Shown one piece after another: positions 1 to 10,705 of a DNA stretch of 64,000 nt (its first letter is position 1; every line of letters starts with the position of its first letter). Below the pieces are notes generated by a model that was given only the letters and a program-made list of their open reading frames with translations, was not told where the DNA came from and searched no databases. The translations under genes and the position numbers were made by a program. Source of the DNA: Cyanidioschyzon merolae (Eukaryota); assembly GCA_000091205.1 (NCBI GenBank), contig AP006501.2; one strand, given 5' to 3'.

Positions 1-19
1 CTGACTGTGTCGTCTTCGT

Positions 20-310
20 CCCTTTTTTCCGGCTTTAAACACCCCGATCGCTCCTCTCCCTCCGTTCCGGGTGTCAGCAGTCCGAGAATATTGATGACAA
101 CCCGTAAGTCTCAATTTCACAGCTCCCGGATGTTTTTGCCGCGTGCCAGGCGATGTGTTTATCGCAACGCGGGCCTATGCGTGAAAATCATAGACTACAA
201 CCGGAAGTGGTGTAATTGAGACTTAACTGTTTTCATTAATATTCTCGGACTGCTGACACCCGGAACGGAGGGAAAAGAATGTACAGCACGTCAAAAGCCG
301 GCGAAAAAGA
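20..310. repeat. Long imperfect palindrome / hairpin (MITE-like or hairpin-RNA locus). Perfect 36-bp arms at 57-92 and 238-273; further matching patches at 22-38/291-308 and 104-117/214-228
   Basis: Read directly: revcomp of 57-92 (tccctccgttccgggtgtcagcagtccgagaatatt) equals 238-273 exactly. Outer and inner patches also pair. Centre is near position 165. Confidence 0.8.
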
Positions 311-857
311 GTCGATCAGCAAGCAATCACGGAAATATCCCGCAATGGCTAGTGCTCATAACAGAGTGCTAATACCCAAATTTTAGAGTAGCCGCTTTCA
401 CTCGCGAACTCTGTCGGCATTGATGAAATATGTCCATAATCCAAACAAAAAGGATATTTTAATGCGAGAAGCTTTCGTAACTCTTTCGCTCTAGCCGTGA
501 CTCCAGCGTAGAGATCTTCCACCATCACTACTGAGGTTGGAAACGAAGGTGCACTCGGGGTTAGGCGACGGGATCGTTCCGGCTTTCGAGTTCGAGTACA
601 CTTGTAGGCCGGGCTCTCAGAAGTTACTTCGCAAAGGCGATCGGCAATAACATCTGGGCAGCTTTCGAGTCCAGCTGCTTCCTTCAAGTTCTTTTGGGAC
701 GGAGAATCTTTTACGTTAACTAAGGGTGTCCGATCGCGCGATTGATATCATTTTGTGCAGTGCTTCTCTCCAAAGTACGGCCGCCAGAAACAGAGGCGCA
801 TCAGTACGATCCAGCAACCCGCTTTCGGGGTATTTGGTAAGAGACGGCTTCTCCTGA

Positions 858-3800
858 ATGACGCACGCTCAACAAACCACTGGTACCGTTCTATCCGAGT
901 CGGAAACCCGACACCTGACAGAAACGCTTCTTCAGATTCTGGAGCCGCATCTTCAATCCTTCAACAGTGCAATAACGCAGGGCCTGCAGCAGGTGCTCCA
1001 CGATATCGAGCCACTTATCCTTGAAGGAACCGTTCAGCAAGCAGCTGACCACGTGTCCAAGGAACGACTTGAGGTCTGGTTTGAAGACCTCCGCCTTCAA
1101 AAGCCGCGTCTGCCCAGGGCTCGCGCGTTGCAGTCTACAGGCAACCTCAGAGCGCGCGGCTTTGCAGATGAACTCGAACTGGGTCTAGATCCTTCAGCGA
1201 TACTCCCGCACCAGTGTCGCGCCCTGCAGTCGTCGTATACAGGCTCGCTAAGCGTCGTTCTCTGCTGGCGAGCGACGCGCATCTCGCACGGCTGTTACCG
1301 GAAAGACAGCACGCTATGTAATACAGCGCTCTGGACAAACGGCTCCTACGCGGAAGATGTTTATCGCAGCGAACGGCATCTGGGCGAGGTTCCCATACTA
1401 GTGGGATCCAAGTTGTGCCACTTAGACGGACTGAGTCCAAACGAGCGCGTTGCACTTCACGAAGAGGAGTACGATTACGGTGGCTACTTCATCGTGAATG
1501 GTGTCGAAAAGCTGCTGCGAATGGTGATTATGCCGCGAGCCAACCATGTGATGGTCATAGCGCGTGATGCAAACGTCCGACGTGGAGAGCACTTCACTCG
1601 CTTCAGTGCAATGATTCGCTGTCGACGCGCTGACCGAGTTCGAGTTGTTACCAATCATCTCCACTACCTTCAAACTGGTCTTCTTAGGCTTCGATTTTCC
1701 GTCAAACGCCAAGAATACTTGCTACCGTTAGGGCTTGTGCTGAAAGCCCTTTACGATCTGGCTGATCGGGAGCTATTTTTGCTGCTCACAATGCCAAGTG
1801 GATGCTGCGGAACTAACGCAGATGAAAACCTCCGCTATATCCGCGAGCGAGCGCTCATGACGGTTCGTGAGCTGCATGTACTAACTGGTGGTGAGGGTAC
1901 CCAGCACGCAGCGCTGTCTTACTTGGGTGCTCGTTTCCGTTGCCTGTTTCCAGAGTACCTGTCTTCTGACGATTCCGATGAGCGCTGTGGCGCGTTTATT
2001 TTGCGTCGATATGTGCTCATTCACCTCGACGATCCACTTCAAAAACTAGAGCTCCTCGCCTATATGTCGCGGAAGCTTTTGCATTATATGACTGGCTGTC
2101 TCGCAGAGGACGATCCAGATTCGCTAGCGAACCAGGAGCTCCTCTTGCCCGGACAGCTTTGGCTGCTTTTCCTCCAGGAGAAGCTCCAAGACGCCCTGTT
2201 CGCGCTACGGGATGAAATTTCCCGGCAGTTGACTCAGCGAGCCAATCAGGGAAGCTTACTAGACCCAGATTTTGTCCGCAAATGTGTAAGCAAACCTCGC
2301 AGTGGTATCAGAGTAGGCGAAAGGATGTTGCACCTGCTATCCACGGGAACAGCGTCCCTGCGGGATGGTGCAGAGTTGCTACAGACGTCGGGTTACAGCA
2401 TCATAGCGGATCGGATCAACTTCCAACGCTTCCTTTCCCACTTCTACAGCGTCCATCGAGGGCAGTACTTTTTGAATCTGCGCACGTCGGAGTCTCGCAA
2501 ACTCAAGCCGGAGACTTGGGGCTTCATCTGTCCGGTGCACACACCCGATGGAGCACCCTGTGGAATTCTCAATCATCTCACGCGAATGTGCCGCGTCGTC
2601 GCGGATCAACAACAGGTACTGCAGGAGCAGAAGCGAATCGAATGGATCTTGGAGACGCTGCCACTGGAGCATCCTCTCGCTCACAACGATGCACTGCTTA
2701 TGCCACCGGCGAATGCAAGACCAGTACTGGTGGATGGTCGGATTCGAGGCTATGTGCATGGAGATGTACCGCTGGGGAAGCTTTTGCGTCAGCAAAAACT
2801 CGAGCATTTCCCCCAAACAGAAATTGTGGATGTGGAGATCCCGCGTCTCTTCCCGAGCGTCATGGTGTTCTCGACACCGTCACGGCTCATGCGCTCAGTG
2901 TGGAATATGCCGCAAGCTGGCATAGAATGGATAGGCACCATGGAGCAACTTTTCATGCCCGTTGACCTGTGCAAGTCGCAGTCGATGTCTCGTGCTGGAA
3001 ACGCAGCCATTCATCGTGAGCTGAGCGCAACGAACATTTTCAGTCTACTGGCCTCGTTTATTCCCTTCAGCAACATGAATCAATCACCGCGAAATATCTA
3101 CCAGTGCCAGATGGGCAAACAAGCCATGGGCGTTCCCTTTCACGATTGGGATCGGAGGTTCGACACCAAGTCCTACCGATTACTGACGCCCCAGCAACCT
3201 TTGGTGCAGAATCGCTCTGAGGCCCAAGCCGGTTGGTCCAAGGTCTTCGGATCGAGCTTCAATGCAGTAGTCGCTGTGATCTCATACACTGGTTACGATA
3301 TGGAGGACGGTATGGTGATCAACCGAGCGAGTCTGGATAGGGGTCTCGCCCACGGAGCGATCTACGGCTGCGAATTCGTGGATCTGGATCAGCTCAATGT
3401 CGCAAAGGATGCCCGGTTCAGCCGACTGCCAGCTGTAGGCGAGCGCATGACACCCGGCTCGGTGCTCTATAGTATTCAGGGCCGGAGACCTCATCTTTAT
3501 CGGAATAGTGAGACGAGTTATGTCGACGCTGTGCTCCTCGCCGAGAATCAACGGCGCGTTGCTATCCGGACCCGGACGCCTCGGCGACCCGTCATCGGGG
3601 ACAAGTTTGCCTCTCGACATGGCCAGAAAGGGGTGCTGTCTGCAATCTGGCCCGCTGAGGATATGCCGTACACGAGCGACGGGATCGTTCCGGATATTCT
3701 CTTCAATCCGAATGGCTTTCCGTCGCGGATGACCATCGGTATGATTGTGGAGTCTATCGCAGGGAAAGCTGCAGCCGTTCACGGCGCTGTGCCAATTGAC

Positions 3801-4385
3801 GCGAGTGCTTTTGAACGAGAAACGGAGGACGCAAGTGATCGCAGTAACGAGCCACCGCACGACTTCTTTGGAAGATTGTTGCTTAATACCGGATACACGT
3901 ACCACGGAACAGAAACGATGTACAACGGTTACACGGGCGAGCCGTTTGTTGTCCAAATATTCATCGGCGTGATTGCCTGGCAGCGACTTCGTCACCATAT
4001 TGCAGACAAGTTTCAGGTGCGAACTGAGGGTATTGTTCACCAGACACTCCGACAACCGCTGCGAGGCCGAAAGCGAGGTGGCGCTATTCGGCTCGGTGAG
4101 ATGGAGCGTGATGCGTTGCTTGCCAGTGGGGCTGCCTACACCCTCCAGGATCGGTTACAGAGCTGTTCAGACTTGCACACTGTATACGTTAGCGCTCTCG
4201 ACGGATCGCTACTCGCACCCATCGCAGCTCCGAACGAACGTCTGGGGGCTACCTCGCGGATCTCGGTCAAGTCCCGGACGAACACCCGCTCCCCAGTCGT
4301 TCGCGTGCACATGCCGTACGCTTTCAAGTATCTTGTTTACGAACTAGCAGCGATGAATATTAGGGTATCGCTTCCCGTTAAGTGA
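858..4385 (+). CDS. RPA2: DNA-directed RNA polymerase I second-largest subunit (A135/RPA2), intronless 1175 aa
   Basis: Motifs GDKFASRHGQKGV, SPRNIYQCQMGKQAMG, FIVNGVEKLLRMVIMPRANH and AVVAVISYTGYDMED align closely with yeast Rpa135 rather than the Pol II or Pol III paralogues. Confidence 0.92.
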   Translation: MTHAQQTTGTVLSESETRHLTETLLQILEPHLQSFNSAITQGLQQVLHDIEPLILEGTVQQAADHVSKERLEVWFEDLRLQKPRLPRARALQSTGNLRARGFADELELGLDPSAILPHQCRALQSSYTGSLSVVLCWRATRISHGCYRKDSTLCNTALWTNGSYAEDVYRSERHLGEVPILVGSKLCHLDGLSPNERVALHEEEYDYGGYFIVNGVEKLLRMVIMPRANHVMVIARDANVRRGEHFTRFSAMIRCRRADRVRVVTNHLHYLQTGLLRLRFSVKRQEYLLPLGLVLKALYDLADRELFLLLTMPSGCCGTNADENLRYIRERALMTVRELHVLTGGEGTQHAALSYLGARFRCLFPEYLSSDDSDERCGAFILRRYVLIHLDDPLQKLELLAYMSRKLLHYMTGCLAEDDPDSLANQELLLPGQLWLLFLQEKLQDALFALRDEISRQLTQRANQGSLLDPDFVRKCVSKPRSGIRVGERMLHLLSTGTASLRDGAELLQTSGYSIIADRINFQRFLSHFYSVHRGQYFLNLRTSESRKLKPETWGFICPVHTPDGAPCGILNHLTRMCRVVADQQQVLQEQKRIEWILETLPLEHPLAHNDALLMPPANARPVLVDGRIRGYVHGDVPLGKLLRQQKLEHFPQTEIVDVEIPRLFPSVMVFSTPSRLMRSVWNMPQAGIEWIGTMEQLFMPVDLCKSQSMSRAGNAAIHRELSATNIFSLLASFIPFSNMNQSPRNIYQCQMGKQAMGVPFHDWDRRFDTKSYRLLTPQQPLVQNRSEAQAGWSKVFGSSFNAVVAVISYTGYDMEDGMVINRASLDRGLAHGAIYGCEFVDLDQLNVAKDARFSRLPAVGERMTPGSVLYSIQGRRPHLYRNSETSYVDAVLLAENQRRVAIRTRTPRRPVIGDKFASRHGQKGVLSAIWPAEDMPYTSDGIVPDILFNPNGFPSRMTIGMIVESIAGKAAAVHGAVPIDASAFERETEDASDRSNEPPHDFFGRLLLNTGYTYHGTETMYNGYTGEPFVVQIFIGVIAWQRLRHHIADKFQVRTEGIVHQTLRQPLRGRKRGGAIRLGEMERDALLASGAAYTLQDRLQSCSDLHTVYVSALDGSLLAPIAAPNERLGATSRISVKSRTNTRSPVVRVHMPYAFKYLVYELAAMNIRVSLPVK

Positions 4386-4752
4386 GTGTGCTCGTGGAAA
4401 CGATTACGTCCATGCAGAACAGACTAAAGAGGTGTCGTTTCCGAGTAAATTTGATGGCCTGTATTGACTGGAGGGGTTACGGATGAAGCGGCAATAAGGG
4501 TAGCGAACTGCTCACAGCAGGTAGGTTCAGCTCGAGTCTCACAGGAAGCCCACGGAAAGTTTTGTTGGCCTGGAGGAAACGCTTTCGCCGAATTTCGTAC
4601 CGAACGAGAACGGCAGCTCGCACTTTGGTTTTTATATACACGGCAGATAGGCTGTTTTCAGCGTTGTGTGGCTTTCAAAAGTGCTGGAGAGCTACCAGTG
4701 CACGCGACAGCTTCCAGACACTGTTAGAGTATACTGCAGAAGGGTGCTTGCT

Positions 4753-6636
4753 CTAAAGCAGCGCGATAAGTTCGCATGCTCTTGCTCGATACGCTTCTGG
4801 CGGGCGCTTCCTTTGCATTTTTTGGGCCACGAGTTCAAATGCGGCAGATTCGCTCATGGAGCCTAGATACTGTCGAGCGAGAAGAAGAAGCTCGCGATCC
4901 TCCTGCGGCGAAAATGGTTCCCACATCAGCTCCTGACAGCGCTCGGTCTGAGCGTGTCGGGCTTCTGTACCGTCCGTCCGTGGGCGTTCCGTTACGTGAC
5001 GGCTGTCGTGAACAACAACTGGAGCTGGCGTTCGCTGCAACCCCTCGCCCGACGCCTGACGTAAAGATGCCTCTTGACGTCGGCGCCTTCGACGAAGTTC
5101 CTTGCGAGCCCTGATGGAAACGCGTCTCCAAACGCGCTCGAGTAGAACCTTATCACGACCCGGAAGGAGGAAGGCTTGGATTGCATCCCAACACTCACCA
5201 TAGGTCATCACGCCGTGACGCAGCAATTCTATTTCCTGTACCGACAGCGGCTGCTGTGCCTTCAACTTCAAGGTTTTGATAGGATTTGCGGGGGCATCCC
5301 GGCGAGTCAATAGTCGATAGCGACCGACGCATTCTTCGAGGTTCCTGTGCGGTAGATAATCGTCGATGTGCTCCTGCCACATAACGCCGTGCCTGCTCAA
5401 ACACCGCTCCAAGAGCGTATCCTCGGCCTCAGTCCAGAATAGTTCTGCATCGGCGCTGCTAGCCAGAGCTCGTAAAATATTCGGATCCGACTCGATATCG
5501 ACGCCGTATGCTAAACGGTATTCTGGTAAAATCATGCTTGGATGGCTCTCGAGGACGGCATAGGCACGTTTTGCCTCTACTGCTGTTACGAGGCCATCCG
5601 GATTCGATAATGCCGGTTTGACAAGCAGCTGCTCGATTTGTTCCAGCAAATCAAGGGGCATCGCGTCGAAAAACGTTCGCTCGATACCACCCAGCGCTCT
5701 GCGGTACTCGCGGGCGACGTCCCGCTTTCGCCGCAAGTCATCAAGCATCATCCAAGCTGCTTCCCGAGCACGTTGGCGATGAACAACATGTTCAGGCGAT
5801 AGGTCAATATTCGCGCGACGTTGCGAAGAAATCAACAGAATGTGAAGAAGAAGCTGCACGTGAATGTGGAGTTGCTTCGAGAGCTCTCTTTCTTGCTCCG
5901 GTTTGAAGAGCTTGAACTTGAGCATCTGGAAAAGCCGTTCGCGTTCACATGAAGCGTTTCCGACCGACGGCGATTCCCGGTGCACTCGTGGCCGTCTTGG
6001 CGTTGCTTCAGTAAAAGCGCGGTGCGGCGTTGTCGTCGACCGAAAACTTTCTGCGCTCTCTTTCATTTCATTTCCTGGAAGCGTTCGCTGGCAGTCCTCT
6101 GCAACCAATTGGTAGAGTTCTTCAGAGCTGATGCGTGCGCCTGTGTCTGCGCGGTATTCTTCGTTGGGTTCAGAGTTCTCAAAGTCGACCTGTCTGAGTT
6201 CGAAGTCCCCATCATCCTCGAAAAGCAGCTCATCTAGTGCAGCCGTAGCAGAAGGAGCCAGCAGTGACGCACAAAACTTTTGGAAAAGTGCCTCGTCGTT
6301 ATCAGCGGTCTCCGCGGAGACAGCACCAGCGCTGCGTTCGCTTTGGACACCTCCCGCCAGAGAAAATGACGTTCCAGAGCGCTCCATAGATGTCATTCGC
6401 CTAGTTCCCTGCGAGGCATCGAACCTTTGATACCGTTCCTGCTTCTGATCTCGCCGCGCTCGCTCAATCGAGTCTGGAACACCTCCCAAAGAGCGTGGTG
6501 CATTTTGCGCTGCGGAAGGCAGTTTTTCGTCCCGCTCCGAACAAGTTGCGCTCGTCGATTCTACTTCATCGCTACTATCTGTCAGCACGTCGTGTTCAAA
6601 AACGACGCCAACTTGATAAATCCTATCCCTGGACAT
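4753..6636 (-). CDS. Myb/SANT-repeat DNA-binding protein (three or more Myb-like repeats), acidic N-terminal region
   Basis: Tryptophan-spaced repeats: WTEAEDTLLERCLSRHGVMWQEHI, LSVQEIELLRHGVMTYGECWDAIQ and WEPFSPQEDRELLL. A long ORF on the strand opposite RPA2. Confidence 0.6.
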   Translation of the reverse strand: MSRDRIYQVGVVFEHDVLTDSSDEVESTSATCSERDEKLPSAAQNAPRSLGGVPDSIERARRDQKQERYQRFDASQGTRRMTSMERSGTSFSLAGGVQSERSAGAVSAETADNDEALFQKFCASLLAPSATAALDELLFEDDGDFELRQVDFENSEPNEEYRADTGARISSEELYQLVAEDCQRTLPGNEMKESAESFRSTTTPHRAFTEATPRRPRVHRESPSVGNASCERERLFQMLKFKLFKPEQERELSKQLHIHVQLLLHILLISSQRRANIDLSPEHVVHRQRAREAAWMMLDDLRRKRDVAREYRRALGGIERTFFDAMPLDLLEQIEQLLVKPALSNPDGLVTAVEAKRAYAVLESHPSMILPEYRLAYGVDIESDPNILRALASSADAELFWTEAEDTLLERCLSRHGVMWQEHIDDYLPHRNLEECVGRYRLLTRRDAPANPIKTLKLKAQQPLSVQEIELLRHGVMTYGECWDAIQAFLLPGRDKVLLERVWRRVSIRARKELRRRRRRQEASLRQASGEGLQRTPAPVVVHDSRHVTERPRTDGTEARHAQTERCQELMWEPFSPQEDRELLLLARQYLGSMSESAAFELVAQKMQRKRPPEAYRARACELIALL

Positions 6637-8012
6637 TTAGCACGAAAGATTCCAGCCTTGTCCACTGGAGCGCGGGCCAGCTTAGAGAACTCGCCTCGTG
6701 CCTCAGCTAAGCAAGTTCCGCAAAGTTTCGTGCCTATTCTCCGCGAGCACTCCTCGAACAAACCAGTTCCGCCCCAGAAAACTTTCGAACAGAAGTCAGC
6801 AGAGCAATTGGGCTTCAGAAACAGCGCGAACGCCCTAGTCCTCACTCACGAGGTATCCCAGCTCAGCACGGACACAGGTAAACGTCCGTATCCGGTACAG
6901 GAATGCGCGGTAGCGATCCACCGGTGCGCATCGCGCCAACGCGCACTGCGTCCGCGTTCCCGCTGTGCGTGCAGTGCAGGCACTGCAGGAGCTATTCGCC
7001 CGGTTCATCAGGGCGAATGCGCTGGGTGGCCGCCCGCTGCGGGTGCCCGTGTCAAAGATCATTTGTATAGTTTTATACCGTTTCATAAGCACTGTAGAGC
7101 GAGCCTCTGCCTTCACTCTTCGATGGTGCCCGAAAGCGAAAACGACAACATCCGGCTCATGTAGACGGTACACGCGAATGTTTCACTTGCAATCGACTTC
7201 AGCTTGCGCTCTCTGATACTGTTCGGCAAGGAATGAATCTGTTCGGTGTACGACCGAGTGTCGGGAAACCACCCGGGGCCCTCTCGCGCTGGTGATGCTC
7301 CTCTGCAAGGACTTCACTAAAGCAAGGATCCGCTCAGACATGTCCATGAATGGATTCATTTGTCCGGTTCAAAGTGGAAACGGATTCGGTTGATAGGGTC
7401 TCGTAATTCAGGCGCATTACGCATAGAGTCACAGGTTGGGCTTAGATTTCCGACACGGATCTATCTATACTCGCCGAGAGATGCAAATGATGCCAAATCA
7501 GAGAGCATTCTTCTAAAATACACGTATAACAGCTTCGGCAAGCAGCCAGCAAGACGAGACTAGAGATGTTGCCAATCAGAGATGTTTAACTGTATTCTCG
7601 TTCTTATGCGCAACCGTCGAAAAGTGTCATATTCAGGGCCGATTTCAACTCCACAGACTCCAGTGGGCAGCACAGTGTGGACTAGGTGGCTTGCGGAAAG
7701 GCCAGCGAGCGCGTCCCAAACCGATATCGTTACGTGCTTGGGAGCGCCTCGCAGAAGCCTTACTCCCGCAAACGAACTCGGCCAGGCCCAAGCTCTGGAG
7801 CAATTGATCAACACTAGCGTGCATACCCAACCCCATATGCATTAAAAGGCTTGCTGTGTAAGCGTGGATCTCCGACTAGACCCTGTTTACACGAAACACC
7901 GCGCAGCCCGTCGCTCGCCTCCCTCGTCGGCGACGCAGCAGCCGCTGCCCTGGAACGGCGTCTCGGACGGATTGCCTTCCCACCCCCAATACGGCGCCTT
8001 ACAAGACACGAT

Positions 8013-8216
8013 CTAACCCAGAAGGATATTATTGATGGGAATATGGATTAAACGAATGAAGTACCCAATCAAACCCAGAAGCAGAATACCTAGCAAAACC
8101 GCCTGAGCGACACGTGCATACTCCTTCTGATCTGGTTTCGTACATCGTTTCCAAAGACGCACAGACTTTTCTGCAAAATCAACAATTGGTTTCGATAGTA
8201 GAGAAAGCGCCTCCAT
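8013..8216 (-). CDS. SEC61G: Sec61 translocon gamma subunit (Sss1/SecE family), 67 aa
   Basis: IRLWKRCTKPDQKEYARVAQAVLLG..LIHIPINNILLG matches the Sec61-gamma consensus (VKRCTKPDRKEF...KLIHIPINNIIVG). Confidence 0.85.
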   Translation of the reverse strand: MEALSLLSKPIVDFAEKSVRLWKRCTKPDQKEYARVAQAVLLGILLLGLIGYFIRLIHIPINNILLG

Positions 8217-8688
8217 CCGTGTAACTGCCGCAGGGTCAACACCAAGAAGCGTTATGAATGTTCATCGTGCACTCGTGTTCGGCAGGTATGATGGCGACGA
8301 TGTGCGGCCCGCGAAACCGCTCCAGGGCATCGCTCCTCAACTTCATAAACGTTTTCTTTGAGCGACGCAGCTTCTTGACTGGCCTTGGATACCCGATTGC
8401 ACAAGCAATATCGACACCTGGGAGAACTGCAGAGGTGTTGTCGCAAGTATACTCAACATACCATTGGTGCTGAGTTGAAACGAACCCCAGGAATAGCGTC
8501 GGCAACCCTCTCGTGCCGTTCAAGACTCACGTGTACGCTTGCCAACTTGGTGTCTGCTGGTTTTTCTAGCACGCATTGCAAGCGCACTGCTGGAGTCACT
8601 GCAGTAATTTTGAGGCTATAATGCCCAATACACTGGAAGTTTTGCACGCGGCTTCGAAAGTAGAACGTTCTCACAAAGATAGATCGCG

Positions 8689-10053
8689 GTGATGCCTCGC
8701 CCAGAGCGGGAACTTGCCCGAAAGAGGCGTTTTCTTCCCTGGGTAGGGTTTGTTGTGCTGCTGTTGCTGGCACAAGTATGGTTGCAGGCTCGCCAGCCTC
8801 TTCCATACATGGACGAACTCTACCACATACCCGCAGCGAACGCGGTGTGTTGCAGAGTCGTTAGCGTAGCTTGCGAGCAAAATAAGCTATCTGTCGAATG
8901 GGGACGTATCACGACACCACCGGGCGCCTACTACTTTGGCTGTCCTCTATGCTTGCTGTGGCGGGTTTGGCGGTATGCAACATGTCCACCATGGCTCTGG
9001 CGCCTCGCAGTCGGCACGATACCTCTCGCTCTTGCCACAAGGGAATTGATGCTCTTCCCTGGGATGAGTGCCGAGGAAGCAATCACCCTGGCAACGTTTC
9101 TGCCTCTCTTTTTTTCGAGTCTGCTGTGCTACACCGATACTTTGGCTTTCATGCTCTATGTGCGAGCTTGGCGTCAGCAACGCGGGCAACACCCGACTTC
9201 GCCGCTTCAAAGCGCCGTGTTTGGGATGCTCGCTTCATTAACGCGCCAGTCCTACATCGTCTGGCATACTTTTCTGGGGCTCACCGCCCTAGGAGCTGCC
9301 GCAAGCACCACCGCGCAACTGGAGATCATCTTCGCCCACGGAACTGCGGGTCTCGCATATGTGGCCTTTTTCGTATGGCACGTTCTCATCAAAGGAGGGA
9401 GCATCTATCTGGGGGATGCTGAGCGACACGGACTTTCTACACACTGGTCAAACTGTCTCTACTTTGTCACGACCTGGTTTATACTGGCTGGTGGCTGGCG
9501 CGCCTTGTTTCTCCAATCCGCAGGCAACTCATCAGTAGGGAAATACTTGGCTGTAAGAGCGGAAGCCATTCGACAATCCTGGAGAAGATTCATTTGTCTC
9601 ACAACCGTAGCTGCTATAGCTGTACGTCGAGGCACGTGTATTCACCCATTCGTCCTCGCAGATAATCGACACTACGTATTCTATTTCTTTCGGTATTTTA
9701 TCATCCCGGGTAATCTAAGGAGATACACACTGGTCCCGCTGTATGCCGTCAGCATGGCATGCTGGCTGAGTCACTTGCGATCTACAGGCCGCATGGAGCG
9801 TCTCTTGCTATTTTCGGCGACTGCATTGACGCTAGTGCCCAGCAGACTGGTCGAACCAAGATATTTTATTCCACCGGTTGTCGCAACCGAGCTTCTAGCA
9901 GCGCAGCGGCAGCGTAGAACGTTGAGCACTATCCGTATGATTTTGAACCTGCTATTGGCATTCGTCTGTTTATGGTTCTTTCTCGAGAGACCCTTCGAAA
10001 GAACGCCTGATCTGCATATTTCTGATCCAAGTCCAGGTCGTTTTATGCCATAA
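8689..10053 (+). CDS. ALG10: ALG10/DIE2 Dol-P-Glc alpha-1,2-glucosyltransferase, multi-pass membrane protein
   Basis: N-terminal MDELYHIPAANAV resembles the DIE2/ALG10 DExFHxPQA motif. The protein is polytopic and hydrophobic, about 450 aa. Confidence 0.7.
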   Translation: MMPRPERELARKRRFLPWVGFVVLLLLAQVWLQARQPLPYMDELYHIPAANAVCCRVVSVACEQNKLSVEWGRITTPPGAYYFGCPLCLLWRVWRYATCPPWLWRLAVGTIPLALATRELMLFPGMSAEEAITLATFLPLFFSSLLCYTDTLAFMLYVRAWRQQRGQHPTSPLQSAVFGMLASLTRQSYIVWHTFLGLTALGAAASTTAQLEIIFAHGTAGLAYVAFFVWHVLIKGGSIYLGDAERHGLSTHWSNCLYFVTTWFILAGGWRALFLQSAGNSSVGKYLAVRAEAIRQSWRRFICLTTVAAIAVRRGTCIHPFVLADNRHYVFYFFRYFIIPGNLRRYTLVPLYAVSMACWLSHLRSTGRMERLLLFSATALTLVPSRLVEPRYFIPPVVATELLAAQRQRRTLSTIRMILNLLLAFVCLWFFLERPFERTPDLHISDPSPGRFMP

Positions 10054-10705
10054 AGCCGTCTATGGACGCCAGAATCTCGGAGGTGTTTCAGGGATCCATT
10101 CTGGAAGAAGAGCCTGAAGCACTGGATACCGCTATGCACTTCAACGCCGAGCGCCTTTGGGCATCGAATCCGTGTATTATGACTTGCAGTTTGGTGGGCG
10201 GCTTGGTATATCGCGAACATTTCTCCCGTTTATATCGTAAGCCTGTGACGTATCATAACCTCCGTCGCCATCTCCAGGAGCATTCTGGCTCGCTTTACCG
10301 CTGGAACATGTGGATTGCTGCCCCAGACACGCTTAATATGCTCTTCCAGATTCAAATTCGGGTTTCTTATGGGTTTGGGACCAATTATTCACGCTGCCCC
10401 CGATGTCCGCACGGCGCCTATACTCAAGTTCTGAGACTACGAAGCTGTTTGTACAGTAATCAGGACAGACAAAGAAGAAATGGCATTTTTCACGTACCTG
10501 CGTCGCATGTAGTTGGTAATGAGCATTTTGCTCTATCGGAGCTGACCCGAATATGCCTTGTAGTAGATATTCGTTGGACAAGCCGCTTACTCTCCTGGAA
10601 GTAAAAAACGTTCCCGTGATACTCCTTGCAGCCCCCTGGAGTGGCGTTGTAGAGTCCTCGTGAGATGTCCTATCTTGACTCAGTGTGATGGTCAACTTCT
10701 GCCAG

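Noticed and set aside
2282-4347. Multiple 60-257 aa ORFs on both strands inside the RPA2 gene
   Set aside because: They are embedded in or antisense to a clearly conserved 1175-aa Pol I subunit ORF, and are typical GC-rich spurious ORFs.
6427-7164. 245-aa plus-strand ORF overlapping the Myb gene 5' end
   Set aside because: Low-complexity, Arg/Cys/Ala-rich. It overlaps a better-supported gene and has no motifs.
7355-7385. GGTTCAAAG T-loop-like motif, and similar motifs at 13290-13310 (minus) and 50455-50475, as possible tRNAs
   Set aside because: I could not build acceptor, D and anticodon stems around any of them; T-stem pairing fails.
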